Origin: Callorhinchus milii
Taxonomy: Eukaryota
Assembly (NCBI RefSeq): GCF_018977255.1
Contig: NW_024704743.1
Coordinates: forward strand, 39,868,001 to 39,932,000
DNA length: 64,000 nucleotides
Direction of reading: 5' to 3'
Shown piece by piece: positions 24,630 to 37,529 of the stretch; within the stretch, counting starts at the first letter, position 1, and each line of letters begins with the position of its first letter. A model generated the notes under the pieces. It was given only the letters and a program-made list of their open reading frames with translations. It did no database searches and was not told where the DNA came from. A program made the translations under genes and the position numbers.

Positions 24630-25255
24630 GTCAGCCGGGTTCAGTTGGTAGCACTGTTGGTACCTATGAGTACCACCAAAAGGTTGGGGTTCAAGTCCTA
24701 CATAGATACTTTGAAGCCAGCCCACTGTGGCATTCTCGGTAATCTGGTCCCTGAGCCAGATGAGTACACAGTGCTCCAGCAGACTGCTAATGAAAACAAA
24801 GCCAGCCTGGCTCATCGACAGGACTTAAAAAGGGAGAACAGTCATTCCGGGCAAGGAATCCTCCCAAATAGCTCTTTTTGGTTAACCCTGCAAACCACAG
24901 CTGTAAAGCTAACTGGTAGGATGGCCCTAGCTGGACAAGTACAATACAATACAAAATTACATTTGTAAAGTGCCTTTCACGGAAGGAGTAGTGGGAAAGG
25001 TTGCCAGACTGTGCTCTTGATGGCAAGCTCTACAGATTTAGCTGGTTAGACTCCAGCAGTACCCCAACCACAATCTGGGGTCCCCAAGCCTTGGCTCCTG
25101 CCAACCTGCTCCTAATACTTTCCAGAATTAGATCAGCAGGATGTGTACCTCCAAGGAGAGACTGCACCTTCCATTCCAACAATTTATCTCTGGAATTTCC
25201 CTGTGTAGGTTGGATGCATGGAATTTTCAGTTTGGTGTGAATACTCTTAAGCATT
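24630..25255 (+). mobile_element. Long tRNA-headed SINE-like repeat, family not recognised
   Basis: A box tcagttggtag (24641), B box ggttcaagtcc (24688). Body shared with 33795-34175 (-) and 58010-58345 (+). Confidence 0.7.
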
Positions 25256-26859
25256 TCCCAGATAAAACTAATATTACTTGCCATTTTCACCTAGAAGGTA
25301 CTTTTTTACTGTACTTTGCAGTAAAATCCTGTGAAGTGGTTTGAGATGACTTTCCGAAGTGTAAGATGCTGTATGAAATGCAAGGATTATTATTATTTTA
25401 TAATACGTGACTAAAGAGATTTAACGGCTGCCAGGTGGAAAATATTCTTATATTGCCACTTGAATATTGAATAGACACCATTGTCAAGTCCAATTAATAA
25501 CTCTCAGTTAGCAGTCCTCATTTGTATTCTTCCTGGTAGGTTCCAATCACATTTAAACGGAAACAATGATCAAGTGTGGCACTTGTTCCAGGTCAGTGCT
25601 TTAACCACTTCAGGGCTGATTTCCCTGACTTGAGTCCACTAATGCACTTTTAAACAATTAAGCAGTGATAAATGTCTTCACCAACTGATAGGAAAGAATG
25701 CTGCACACTCCAGTGCAGAACATCACAACTTATAACTGCAGACAGGTAATTCTCAGACTACTGCACAGTCATTTAGAATCATAGAAATTGCAGCATTCGG
25801 GAACCTCTGCTAGTCCAAGCTCAATGATCTTACCCCACCTTCCTGCAACCTACCGATCCAGCAGCTCCAGCAGTGAGCACTGGCCTGCTTTTGTCCCCCA
25901 CCCTATATCCACCTTACCATCAATGGATAGGCTTTCAGCAATTCTGCCTTCGCTCTCTGGAACACTATCCTGGTGTCCCTCTGAGTCAATCCCTCTCTCC
26001 CTTCTTTTAAAATGTATCTCTTTGACTTCCGTTTTGGTCTTTCTCTCCCCACTCCCCTTGGCTCCCACCCATAGTTTGGGTGCCCATCCAGCACTGTGAG
26101 TGTGCTTTGGAAAGTCCTTCTGCTGTGAAACGTGCTTTATAAATGTAAATTGTATTGTATCCATTGAAGCTAACTACTCTAATCCAAATTCCCTATTTTT
26201 CTCTATTTTTTATTTACTCCTTTTGAAATGTTTCTTCAATGTCTTTTTGATTCTTCTTATGATTCAGCTTCAATCCAAATATTATGTATTCTAATAAAGC
26301 TCTATAAAAAAAGTTCATTCGAAACCCTATCTCTTCCGATGAGAATTTTGAGTTTATATCCTCTTTTTACCAGTTTTCCAAGTAACAAGAATTTTTTTTG
26401 CTATCTTTCAGAACACTTAAGTGCTCAACTATGTGAGAAAATGTTTCCTCTGCGTCTTTGCTTCTCTCTGAAACAGGACACTAGGAGAAACTCCCTTCTC
26501 GTTTTGAAATGGGATTTTTAATGTATACATAGGCAAGCGGAACCTCCAACAGTACAATGCACTGCCAGCACTGCATTAGAGTGTCAGCCTAAACAATACT
26601 AAACATTATTATTATTAATGTTTAACATTAAACAACAAAAACAAATTGCAGTTACACTTAACTCCCGACTAATAGGGAGGGAGATCGAATTTGGCTAGGC
26701 AGATATTCTGGCTAAGTGTCAATACTCCCTAAAATTTAAAATAAATCCCCCTAACATTTAAAATGAATACAATTGAATAAAACAGATGGATTTTTGTCTT
26801 CCAGAATTTTTTGGGGGGGATCCCAGGCCGGCTAATTCCAGATACTTATCAGGGGTTGA

Positions 26860-28620
26860 GTCTATATTGCGCCGTTCACATCAGGAGGACATCCCAAGAC
26901 GTTAGAGATTTGAGGGTTTGCATCCGATGTAGGGCTTGATCTAGGAAAGGTGGGGCCAATGGGGGGATGGGGGTGGGAAGATATCTAAAGATGTTGTCAA
27001 AGAGCAAAGTCTTGAGATGGACTTTGAAGGAGGCGAGGGAGGTCCCTCTCAACCACCATGGCCAGATGAAGCCCACCACCTGCTGCCTCAGAGCCCTCCC
27101 CACTTAGCTGCTGGTCACCCAATGCCTCCTCCTCTCCCTGCTGATGGTAGACACAGTCAACCAATCGCTCTCCTCAGGTTCTGTTCCTCTCCCCCTTAAA
27201 ACCGCTGTCATCACTCCCCTCCTCAAAACATCTACCCTTAACCCCTCCAATCTCACAAATTACTGACCTATTTACTAACCTGCCCTTTCTTACCGAAGCT
27301 CGCATTGTCACCAACCAGCTCTGCTCTCCTCAAGCCCTGTCGGTCTGGTTCCTGCCCTGCGACGTCCTCTCTCTCTGAAACCAGGGCTCCCTTTGCCTCC
27401 TCATCCCCCTGGATCTCTCCATTGCATTTGACACAGTGGACCATGCCATCCTCATCCAATGTCTCTCCTCCCATCAATATGGCACTGACCTCCTCAAACT
27501 CCCCGGCTTATCCCTCAGACTTACCGAACCAGTGCGCAACCTAGACATCATGTTCGACCCTCTGCTGTACTTCTTTCCCCACATCCAGTCCATGACCAGG
27601 ACCACGTTCCTCCACCTCTGCCATGTAGCCTGCCCCCGACCGTACCGTCTCCCGAGCTCCACCATGCAGAGGATCCAACTGATCCAAAACTCCGCCGCCT
27701 GCATACTCACCCGTACTAACCTCTGAACACTCATAGCACCAGTTCCATTGGTTCCCCATCACCGAACAGGTCAATTTCAAGATCTTCACACTCATTTTAA
27801 ATCCCTTCATGTCCTGGCACCTCCCTACCTCTCCGACCGTTCACCCACAACCCATAACCCATAGTCATCACTCTGCTGACTCTGGCCTTCTGCATGTCCC
27901 TCGTGCCCTCCATTCTACCAATTGTGGCCACGCTTTCAGTCACTACGCCCCAAAACTCTGGAACACTCTTCCTCTATTCCTCTGCCTTGCCCCTTCCTTC
28001 CCCATTTTTAGGTTCCAACTGAAGACCTTCATATTCGACCATGCCTACGGTCCCCTCCCCCTTCACCCGGCTCAGTACTCTGCCACTGTCAAATGCTGTG
28101 GGATCCTACCCGGATGAATGGCACTATATAAATGCAAGTTGTTATTGTTGATCCTCACACTCGTGTTCAAATCCCTTCACTCTCTTGCACCTCTCTACCA
28201 ACTCATTCCCCAATCAACCACCCACCACCTCCGCTCGACTGGCACGGGTGCCAGTCCTGCTCATCACTCGCATCCCCATCGGAGATTGCTCTTTCAGCAC
28301 TATGCCCCAAAACTCTGAAACACTCTACCACCATCCCTCTGCCTTGGCCCCTCTCTCCCCTTTTTCAAGTCCCACCTGAAAACCTTCCTCTTCGACCATG
28401 CTTATGGTCACACCCTACCTCCCCCTCTCCTCCCCACCAGGCTTGGAGTCGTGTTCCACCACTGTTAAGCTCTCTGAGACTCTACCCTGCTGTTGTTGAG
28501 AGGCAATGGAATTGTAGAGCTTGGGGGCAAAAAGGCTTAAGGCCCGAAGTACCTATGGTGAGGTGGGAAGGGCAGGGACCATACTTGAGTGCCTGCCGAG
28601 TGGAGGGAGCGGTCAGGATA
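26860..28620. mobile_element. Cluster of L2 fragments in both orientations (about 26860-27042 minus; 27043-28148 plus; 28149-28490 plus; 28490-28620 minus)
   Basis: ORF2 remnants (IQNSAACILTR, APKLWNTLP, FQLKTFIF) and repeated L2 tails. Confidence 0.85.
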
Positions 28621-31030
28621 GCTATTTTTGTGGTATCTCTCAGGTTCCGATAATTTTCACTTCAGACCTGTCTGGATGAAGAGCATTGTACTGTAAATGA
28701 CAAGTTCTCAAAATAGATTGAGATGAGGAAGATCTTATGGGCCCTTCAATCTCATCCTTCCAGAAGACCCACCCTTACAATAGTTTCAAGCTGTTTCTTA
28801 AATTATTTCAGTGTCCTGACCTAAAACACCCTTTAACGTAACTTGTTCCTGTCATTACTTGTCCTCTATATAAAAAATCCTTCCCACACTCTTGTATCAC
28901 TTACACCGTTCGCTCACAAATATACAGTCAATTTACTTTACAGTGTGTTCTGTGAAGCGCTTTGGGATGTCCTCCCGACGTGAAAAGCGCTATATCAAAT
29001 GCAAGGATTATTATTATTATTATTATTATTTCTGATTCATCGCTTTTCAAGATTGAAGAGACCTAGCTTATTTAATAGCTAAAACATTCTGCTAACATTG
29101 GGCATCTAGCTTTGTTGTTTGTATAAAATTTCTCAAAAGTAAGGAACTAAAAAAATTCTTAAATAAAGTAAAACAAAAATTCTGCTTTTTTGGTTTCACT
29201 GTGTTCTCCATTCCTTTGTTTGCATTTAATATTTCTGTATCTTTTTAAATATTCTAATCATTTTATGTTCTTTCTAACTTCACTTATTCATTCCAAACCC
29301 TGTTCTTTTGTTACTCCTCACCCCTCTTCTCAATATTTTATGTGAGAACGGAGTCCACACAATTGAACTTTGGTTGCAAATTGGATCAAGTGAAATGTTT
29401 TTTTCAGGAAATGAGAAGCTACATACTGTTTTCTTTCCCTGTCATTACCATATGAATCCTAACAATTCCATTTGGTTTGCAGAATCTGTTCCAGTTCAGC
29501 AACTTGCTGAATTTACACAAAATCAATGTCTTGCATTTGCGTTTGCAATGTTTTCAAACCTGGAACAATATCAAGGACAAAGTGGAGCTTGGATTACTTT
29601 TGGGGAATATAATGTAGTTCACCCCCAGCATTGCATTGAAGTGTCAGTATAGACTATATAACTTCAAGGCCCCTAAATGGAGCTTCAACCTACAGACTTC
29701 TGACTCGAGAATCAGAAGGCTGTGAGGTGATGCGAAAGTGCTGCCCATGGAGCCAGGCTGACATACAAACTAAGGATTATAAAAAACAATAGTTAAATAA
29801 TCAGATTGTTTTGTCCTTCTGTTTCTTTCACGGGTAGAAAAGTATGTGGTATTTGGTTTAAGTGTACAAAGTTATAATTATAACTATTTGAAACTCTTAT
29901 TGGTTATTGCCATTTTTAAAACTTGGATTTTACTTTTAAATAGGAACATATTATTATTTTAAGAGAACAACACTGAGTGCCCTGTTACCATTATATTACC
30001 TCAATGAGTGGCAATAACCCTCAGACCTGTGGAACTGCCTTTTCTGTGACACAGATGATTATAGCGCTCCCCGTGGTGCATTTCTCAGGCAGCACTTTAC
30101 TGCTGTTGGTATGGCATAATTCATTTCACAGTTCAGAAGATCACAAGTTAACAAGGTCACAGATTCACAATATTATAAAATCATAGGTTCCCAAAATTAC
30201 AAATAAGCTTCTGATAAGGAAGACCTTTTGCTCCTTTTGAACTCATCCATTCCAGAATACCCACCTTTTATTTAAATAAGTCTCAGTGTTCAGTAGAAAT
30301 TCTGGTGGATAGGATCAGTAATGTTACGATTTCTATTGCGAGATACAAATTTACCATAAGTACGAGCTTGGTACATTTCTGTATTTTTCAGTTGCATTTT
30401 GACAATGTTTTGACAAATAATTTGATATGAAAAAATAATATTTAAAATAATAATTTTTTCACTCAATCCACGACTGTTTGTGGGCAATTAACTGCCGCAT
30501 TTGACCACAAAATATACAATCAATTCCCTTTACAATATATTCTGTGAAGTGCTTTGAGATGTCTTGAAGATGTGATAAGGCGCTATATCAAACCCAAGGA
30601 TTATTATCATTATTAATTGGATCACATTGTGAAGCAGGCGTGTTTCCAGGTAAAATAGAATTCACTGTTATTAATTCATTTTACCCACTGTGGGTTTTTC
30701 TCAGTGGGTTAAATTACTGAAGCATATTTTTGCATTAGGCTGAAAATGATTATTTAAATGAAATTAAGGAACATGAATATTGATCCCTCATAAGAATAAT
30801 TGTGAATTATCGGGAGGTTTTGAGATTCAGTAAAATAAATGTTAATTGTATTTTTGCTTTCTAAATAGTGTTACCCAAAATTAATTTGATGTACATTAAC
30901 TTATCTCAGAATAGTTATATTCACCATCAAAATTGTGCAGCGATTTGCAACAGGAGTCATCCATCCTGGTGCAATTTATTGTTAGTAGTCGAGTTCTCCT
31001 AAGGCCTGGGAGATAAGAATGATGTGTTAC

Positions 31031-31145
31031 CTTCCACCAGCCTGGACTGCCAAGTGTGGATGTACTGCTGAGTATTGCTGAGGTATTGGGGAGCCAGGAG
31101 ATATATTTTGAATAAGGTCAGAATTTGTTTTACTTGTAAATTTAA
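31031..31145 (-). pseudogene. Exon (115 nt, phase 1 to 2)
   Basis: Acceptor ctgtctttccacag, donor AAG|gtaaca. Encodes KFTSKTNSDLIQNISPGSPIPQQYSAVHPHLAVQAGG(R) and joins in phase to 24559. Confidence 0.6.
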
Positions 31146-31378
31146 CTGTGGAAAGACAGTTACTGCAGAATTTTTTTCTTCCGTCTCTCACCGTCTTGAA
31201 CATTTCAACCCAAGAAAAAATTCAAGTCTTGTAGCTTTTAGTGCTTCATTGTTAGGATCTCTGGGTTCAGAAAAGAAGCTCAGTAAATAATAAACCTTGA
31301 TATTCAGCTCACTCTTGTAAAATTATTGTATTTACAGTTTTCTAATGATGTAATTTCTGATGCACAATCACATTCACG

Positions 31379-31692
31379 GAGTCCTGTAACTCAGTGGTTA
31401 GAGCACTCGCTTTCCACGCGAGAGAACTGAGTTCAATTCCAGGCAGGGCGAAACCTTGGGCAAGTTTCCTTACTCCACACGCCTAATAAAAATCCCTCCA
31501 AAAACCAAAAACAATAATAAATTGGTCATTTTCAATCTACGACTGTTTGTGGGACATTGCTGTGCGCAATTGGCTGCCGCGTTCGCCCACAAATATACAG
31601 TCAATTCACTTTACAGTGTGTTCTGTGAAGGGTTTTGGATGTCCTCCCGACGTGAAAAGCGCTATATCAAATGCAAGGATTATTATTATTAT
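31379..31692 (+). mobile_element. Young short-variant SINE (internal deletion, CpGs retained, L2-identical tail loop)
   Basis: gagtcctgtaactcagtggttagagcactcgc...aaccttgggcaagtttccttactccacacgcctaataa...gtcctcccgacgtgaaaagcgctatatcaaatgcaaggattattatt. Confidence 0.9.
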
Positions 31693-33352
31693 TCATACAT
31701 TTAAATTCAAATTTCACAGAATGACTTTGTCAACATTAACCTTTAAAATAAATTGATATGATGAGAAGACAAATTATTGCTTAATTATCGTAAGAACTGA
31801 CCATGGTAATCATCCTGTGAAACAATAAAGATACATGGCAAAAATGTTGATGTGTAATTGTATAAGCCAGAAATAAACAGTAATTGATAATTAAATGCAA
31901 TTATTCTGATGTAAATATTGGATATATCATGTGTATCATTCATGATTGACAAACATCCTCAATGGTCGTTTTATTAATGGCATTGATATTTGGCGTGTTC
32001 AATGGAGTTAGTGCTAAGAGTTCCATAAGCAGGGGTCAGTCTGGCACATTTGGTAGTCTCTCAATCAGAAATTGTGAATTCAGGCCCTATATTGGGATTT
32101 TGAGCTCATAGTATTGTCTGATGCTCCAATTCAGTGATGGGTGAACAGCGTATTATGGGAGGTGCAATACTTTGGAAAAAGACATTAAAATGAGATCCTG
32201 TTCTGATGTATGTTAAAGATCCCATAATTCAGCTGGATAATGATCGATCCCTACAATTGGTCTCAGTGTCCATGGAACAATCAAGGGTGAACAACTTAGC
32301 CAGGTTTGTGAAGCTTATGAAAACACAATATCTGCTGCTAGAAAATGCACATCCATAGACGAATGTGAAGTCAGAGTCAAGCTTGGATGTGTTAGTCTAT
32401 TTTGGTATCATTAATTAAGAATAGTTACAAAGAGCCGTAACTTGGATCTGGAGCATTGCTATGCGATTGCATTCTGCATTTGGAGATGAGTTAACTATAC
32501 ACCCACTTGCTAAGGAAGCAGCCTCCACTGTGGGCAATACTTTATAGTCTAAAATAAATACTAATTTACTTTAGACTACCTGCAACAATGACCACAGTAT
32601 CTAATATGAGAGTTAGGTTAATGAACTCCAGCACATCATGAGATTTTCATACCACTTAAAAGAGCTGAATTATTCACTAGTATATTTGAGACAGCCTTTG
32701 TAAGTGAGAACTCTTCTGAATAAATTCCTTTATTCAAAGGTTCTCCTTTCCCTCAGCAAGTTATGACATACCCTTTGGCCATGATGCCCATGTTAATGCT
32801 GAATTGTTGAAATCTGCTCAGAGCTCAGTTGCACTGTCAAGCCTATACACACATCCTCTAATAAGTCCCAAGGTCACTGTTTTTTTGTGCCATCAATGAT
32901 GTTTGCTTACTGACAGTTAACATAGAAAAGGATTTTCAGCCCAATGGAATGCATTTTTTCCCACCTAAATGTAATTTTTAATGGAATAATGAAATGCAAA
33001 TATTAAACCTAATGTCCTTGGTCTGAGGTGAATACTCTTCAGAAGGTATTGAAAAACAGAACTTACCTGCACCCAATAATAATTATTATTAATTACAATG
33101 ATCATCACTAATTACATAAATTAAAATAATTCTTGTAATAATAATCCTTGCATTTAATATAGGGCTCTTATATTGTTAAGACACCTCAAAGTGCTTCACA
33201 CAATACACAGTAAAGTCATGTGTTTGTGTGTATTTTGTGGGGGAATGCGGCAGTGAAGTTCCATGCAATGAATTTCCATAAACAGCCATGAAATGCATTG
33301 CTAATTTTATTTGGGGGATTGTTGGTCAGCAGAAACCTACGACCATGAGTAG

Positions 33353-33725
33353 CATAGGCGTGGGAACTAGGAGTGCTGGGGATGCGACAACAGCCCCCAT
33401 ACACTGCGCAGTGCTGGCGTACAGGCACAGGGTGTGGCGGTGGGGGAGTGAGATCAGGGCCTGGGATCACAGCGTGAGGAGAGGAGAACGGAAAAGCCCA
33501 GCTCGAAGCATCATCACAGGGTGGGGCAGTGTGCAACCCCTCCACCAACACCTTCTTGTCTCTCCTCCAATCTTCACCGCCATCCCCCCCAACAGTACCC
33601 GCTAGCACCCTCCCCAACCCCCCAGATATCGCAACGCAGACATTACCCCACTAGTACCTCGTCATATCTCCCACTCCCCACGCTGTTGGCCCCGCACCCC
33701 ACTCTCCTATTACCTCCACCACTTG
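33353..33725. mobile_element. Probable non-autonomous DNA transposon (MITE) relic
   Basis: GC-rich island with G-rich left half and C-rich right half; imperfect inverted ends cataggcgtgggaactaggagtgctgggg...caacagc and gctgttgg...ctcctattacctccaccacttg. Confidence 0.45.
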
Positions 33726-33794
33726 CCAGGAGTGCTAATTGAGATGCTAATTTGAGTAAGAGGCACTATATAAACGCAAGTTATTGTTGTTGTT

Positions 33795-34175
33795 GAATGC
33801 CTCGAGGGATGTATCCTGCTTACTGAATTCCAGGGAGTATTAGGAAAAGGTTGATAAGAGCCAAGTCTTGGGGACCCTGGAGTTTACATTGGGGTGTTGC
33901 TGGAGTCTAACCAGTTAAAACTGCATAGCTTGTCATTGATAGCACTGTCTAGCAAGCTTCCCGCTGCTTGTCCAGCTCGTACCACCCAGCCCAGTAGGAC
34001 TTTGGCTTTCAGGGTTAACGGGAACTGAGTGGGTATCACCCTGCCCTGCTGACTGGTCTGCCCTTCCAAGTTCTGCCGATGAGCCAGGCCGGTTTGTGTG
34101 CCCAGGAGTCCTGGGAAGTATTGTGGACCTACGTGACTCAGAACTGCTACAGGAACTGCCAAATGAGTTCCATGG
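33795..34175 (-). mobile_element. Second copy (body) of the long unassigned SINE
   Basis: cctggctcatcg, gacaagctatgcagttttaactggttagactccagca and gggtccccaagacttggctc are shared with the 24630 copy. Confidence 0.75.
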
Positions 34176-35934
34176 AGACCCCCCCGCCCCTCCCGCTCCC
34201 CACCCTTCATTTTCACCACCCAGGAGGATTTGTTGGAAGAAAACAAGCAAACAGCACACATTTTACAAAACATATTTGGTTAATAACACATATGGTCATT
34301 TAAATTTGAGCTCAAGAGAGCTACCAATAATTGCTTGGTACAGAATTTGTCAGCATTAAATAACTGAATAATTGGTTGCTTTGTACTATTTAATTTCTGC
34401 TACTGCTGTTATCGGTGTTTGAAGGTCAGTGATGTGTGCTGTTCTTTTCTGCCCTCATGTTATAAAGGATTTTGTAAATGCAATGACACTTTATTACTGT
34501 GCTCTTGGGGATAAACGAATGTGGGGATTGCCCACAAAACACAGTCATACTATTTTACAGTATAACTGTGAAGCGCTTTGAAGACGTCTTGACAATGTGA
34601 TAAAGTGTTATATCAAATGCAAGGATTACTTTTATTATTATTCATCCTGATTTTAAAATGACCATCAATGTCTCAAAATAGCCATCTATTCCTCAAAGCC
34701 AACAATGTGGAATCAATATTTTGATTTGATTTACAGCTCCACAGGCCAATTTTTTTAAAAGTTGTTTTCTGGGATAGCATAAATCTTTAGGGCTCTCCTG
34801 GGTTCTCCCGAGGCTGAAACCAAGTCGTTTCACGTGTTATTTTGGGAAGCAGTTCAATTTTCATCAACCAAGTAATTCACTGTTTTCGATCGATCAGATT
34901 TCTCGGAAGGCATAAGGATATCAATAACAGCAGTACAGAACCTAAATAAACCAATGTATATGTGAACTGTAGCAATCACATTTGGCAGCCACTGTTATGA
35001 TTTATTTTATGGAGGTTTCTGTGATTTTTATTTAATCAGATAAAGAATCAGAATTCTTCATCTGATTAAATGCCAGGTATTAAGCACCGCTATTTATTGT
35101 TTCAATTGCAGTCTTGGAATAATAACTTATCTCTCAAGTAACATTTTCTTTTTTTTCTGTTTTCCATCTTCACAGTGTCTGAAAGGCAAGATATTTAAAA
35201 TGATCCATTAATAAGGAATCCAGTTAGTATTCCTGCCAACTCACTGGATGCCCAAGTCAGGGTGATGTACTGAAGAGCTTTGAGACATCTCAATGACATG
35301 ATAAGGAACTACAGCAAATCAAAGATTATTATTATATTTTACTTCAAGATACTAGAAGGAGTCCCCATTTTCTCGACTTGGATTCCTCATTAAGTTAATA
35401 ATAATAATACCCTTTGCATTTAATATAGTGCCTTATCATCTAGTGAGACATTTGAAAGTACTTCACAAGATATACCGTAAAGTGTATATTTGTAGGCAAA
35501 CACAGCAGCCATTTTGTATACAGCAATGTCCCACACACAGAGATAAAGCAAATGGCCAATTCTATCTGAAGCTGGTTTCCTATTTTGAGATGCTCTAACA
35601 CACTGCCTACTCAATGGGGAGCACAAGAATGTTTGAATCTCACACTTGATGTCAGAATCAGGGTCATAGATTCAGGCTTGAAATCGACTGTTAATTACAA
35701 ACTGAAATTCCACCATGTCTTAATTAATTCAGCTGGACAATTGAACAGTTGCATTTGTTATCAATATAATGAAACGTTTTATCATCTGTACTTTAACTGT
35801 GGTCATATACTGTCTAGCAAACTTTTCATTAGAACAGGTTGTTAGATATTTTGTACTGGTAATAAAAACTGGGCAGGAATGCTTGCCTTGCCATGCAATT
35901 AAACAGATTTTTAGTGAAGAAATCCATTAAGTGA

Positions 35935-36312
35935 TGAGTCAGTCTGGCTGAGTTGGTAGCCCTCTCGCTTCTGAGTGCTACCAACTCAGCAATGTTATGT
36001 CTTGATTTTATACTTTAGGATGACACTCCATTACAGTGCTGGGGGCGCATTGCGTTGTCAGAGGTGCTGCTATGCAAGTGTAAGGTTAACCCAAGGTCCT
36101 CTCTGCGTGTTTGGGTTCTATTGCACTATTCGAAAAGAGAGAAAGGTGTTTTTTCTGATGTCAACGATTTCCCCAGAGAAAGGGGTTATTCACTTCATTA
36201 CTGTTGGCAGGATTTTGCTGTGAGCAAATTGGCTGCCTTCATCACCCACAAATGCACGCTTTACAGATGTTTTGACATGATAAAATACTATTTCAAATAC
36301 AAGGATATTATT
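35935..36312 (+). mobile_element. Old DeuSINE-like element; others at about 3560-3990, 7540-7715, 8270-8460, 12860-13130, 38350-39030, 48250-48635, 57060-57465, 58965-59320 and 63615-63858
   Basis: tRNA-like head ggctgagttggtagc. The family copies carry Deu-domain motifs (gatgagatgttaaac, ggtggatgttaaagatccc, gtgtcctggccaac, gctgtgngcaaattggctgc). Confidence 0.8.
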
Positions 36313-36959
36313 TGACTGCAAAATGGGTGCTCTGATCTGACCGATTCTCTCCAACTAGATACAATATTTACAAGTGTTACAATGAAACTAATTGAGTGCT
36401 TCAAAATACAGGACCATTCAACACACTCCAAAGGTGAAAATAGTCACAAGTTAAAACCTAAGGTCATTTTTTTTTCTTTCTGGAGGCTGTTTCTTTTATA
36501 AATGACCTGAAGCAGTAAATGCATTTTTTTTCTGTACAAGTTCTGAATAAATTCTCTTTGTCTCACTTTTATCATCAGCTACAAAGGTATCAAAGCAACC
36601 TTGAAAGTGAAATTTTTTTGGATACAAGCGGGAAAGCCATACACAACAACCACACACTCTCATTGGCAAAATGCCAGTAGCCTTTCAATTAAAATATATT
36701 TAAAAAAAACACATTATTGTTGTGTTTATTGCCAAAGCTAAAGCAGAACGTCTGAACAAGTGATGAAGGAGAGTTTGCTGACAACACTTTAATTACTTTC
36801 AGTATCCTGTGATTTAAATAGTGGAAAGATTGGTAACATTTTTCAAAGTTACATTATTTTCACCGTGAAGTCTGCTGATGTATTTTTGCTCACAACTCCA
36901 GACTCCACTATCAGTTATACAAGGTTACAAAGTCTGACACCCAAAATGAATAATCCATT

Positions 36960-37340
36960 ATTTTCATCCTTTATCTATAATTGCACACAAAGTTATCGGC
37001 AGTTGTGCCTCATCGTGTTATTGTGAACTCATTAATTGAAAAAATAACATGTGGCAGGGTTTAGGATCCATTCCAAAATGCTACAGTATATCTTCTACAT
37101 TTTATTGTATTAACTTGTGATAGTATTGCTTTAGCCTACAGTCAAACACAGGACAATAGGCCTATTGTCTGCCTAAACGTTTTTGCGAGAATCACATTTC
37201 ATTGATTGAACCTGATGATAAGGTTATCAAGGAGATTTGATCACTTTAAATGCCGATTTCAGGCCTCCTTTTGTTTTTGCTGACTGTAATGATTTATAAA
37301 GCAGCTCAATTTCCATCATATGCAAACTCTATTAATACTT
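36960..37340. promoter_or_regulatory. Candidate conserved non-coding enhancer
   Basis: Non-repeat sequence with a perfect 18-bp palindrome gacaataggcctattgtc (37152-37169, paired SOX sites), a Pbx-Hox-type TGATTTAT, an octamer-like ATGCAAAC and multiple TAAT cores. Confidence 0.35.
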
Positions 37341-37529
37341 ATCTACTTACACGTCGTGGAATTTAGTATGATAATCAGTTTGTTCCATGTAGGAAAACTC
37401 AGTTCAAAACTAATCTTTAAATTAAATTTCATGAATCACTGTTGCATTATGATGTGAAGGATGTGCAATATTATTTGGGAATAAAGGGGTGATGTAATGA
37501 TTATCACAAGATTGTTAATTAAAATAAAC

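Noticed and set aside
31192..31260. Additional minus-strand exon candidate (DPNNEALKATRLEFFLGLKCSR)
   Set aside because: It would leave a 46-nt intron before 31145, too short for a vertebrate.
31379..31452. tRNA-like cloverleaf (Ala-like, anticodon loop TTTGCAA in sister copies), repeated at 19610-19678, 21155-21224, 21542 and 50741
   Set aside because: Each copy runs directly into a SINE body and carries different mutations; these are SINE heads, not tRNA genes.
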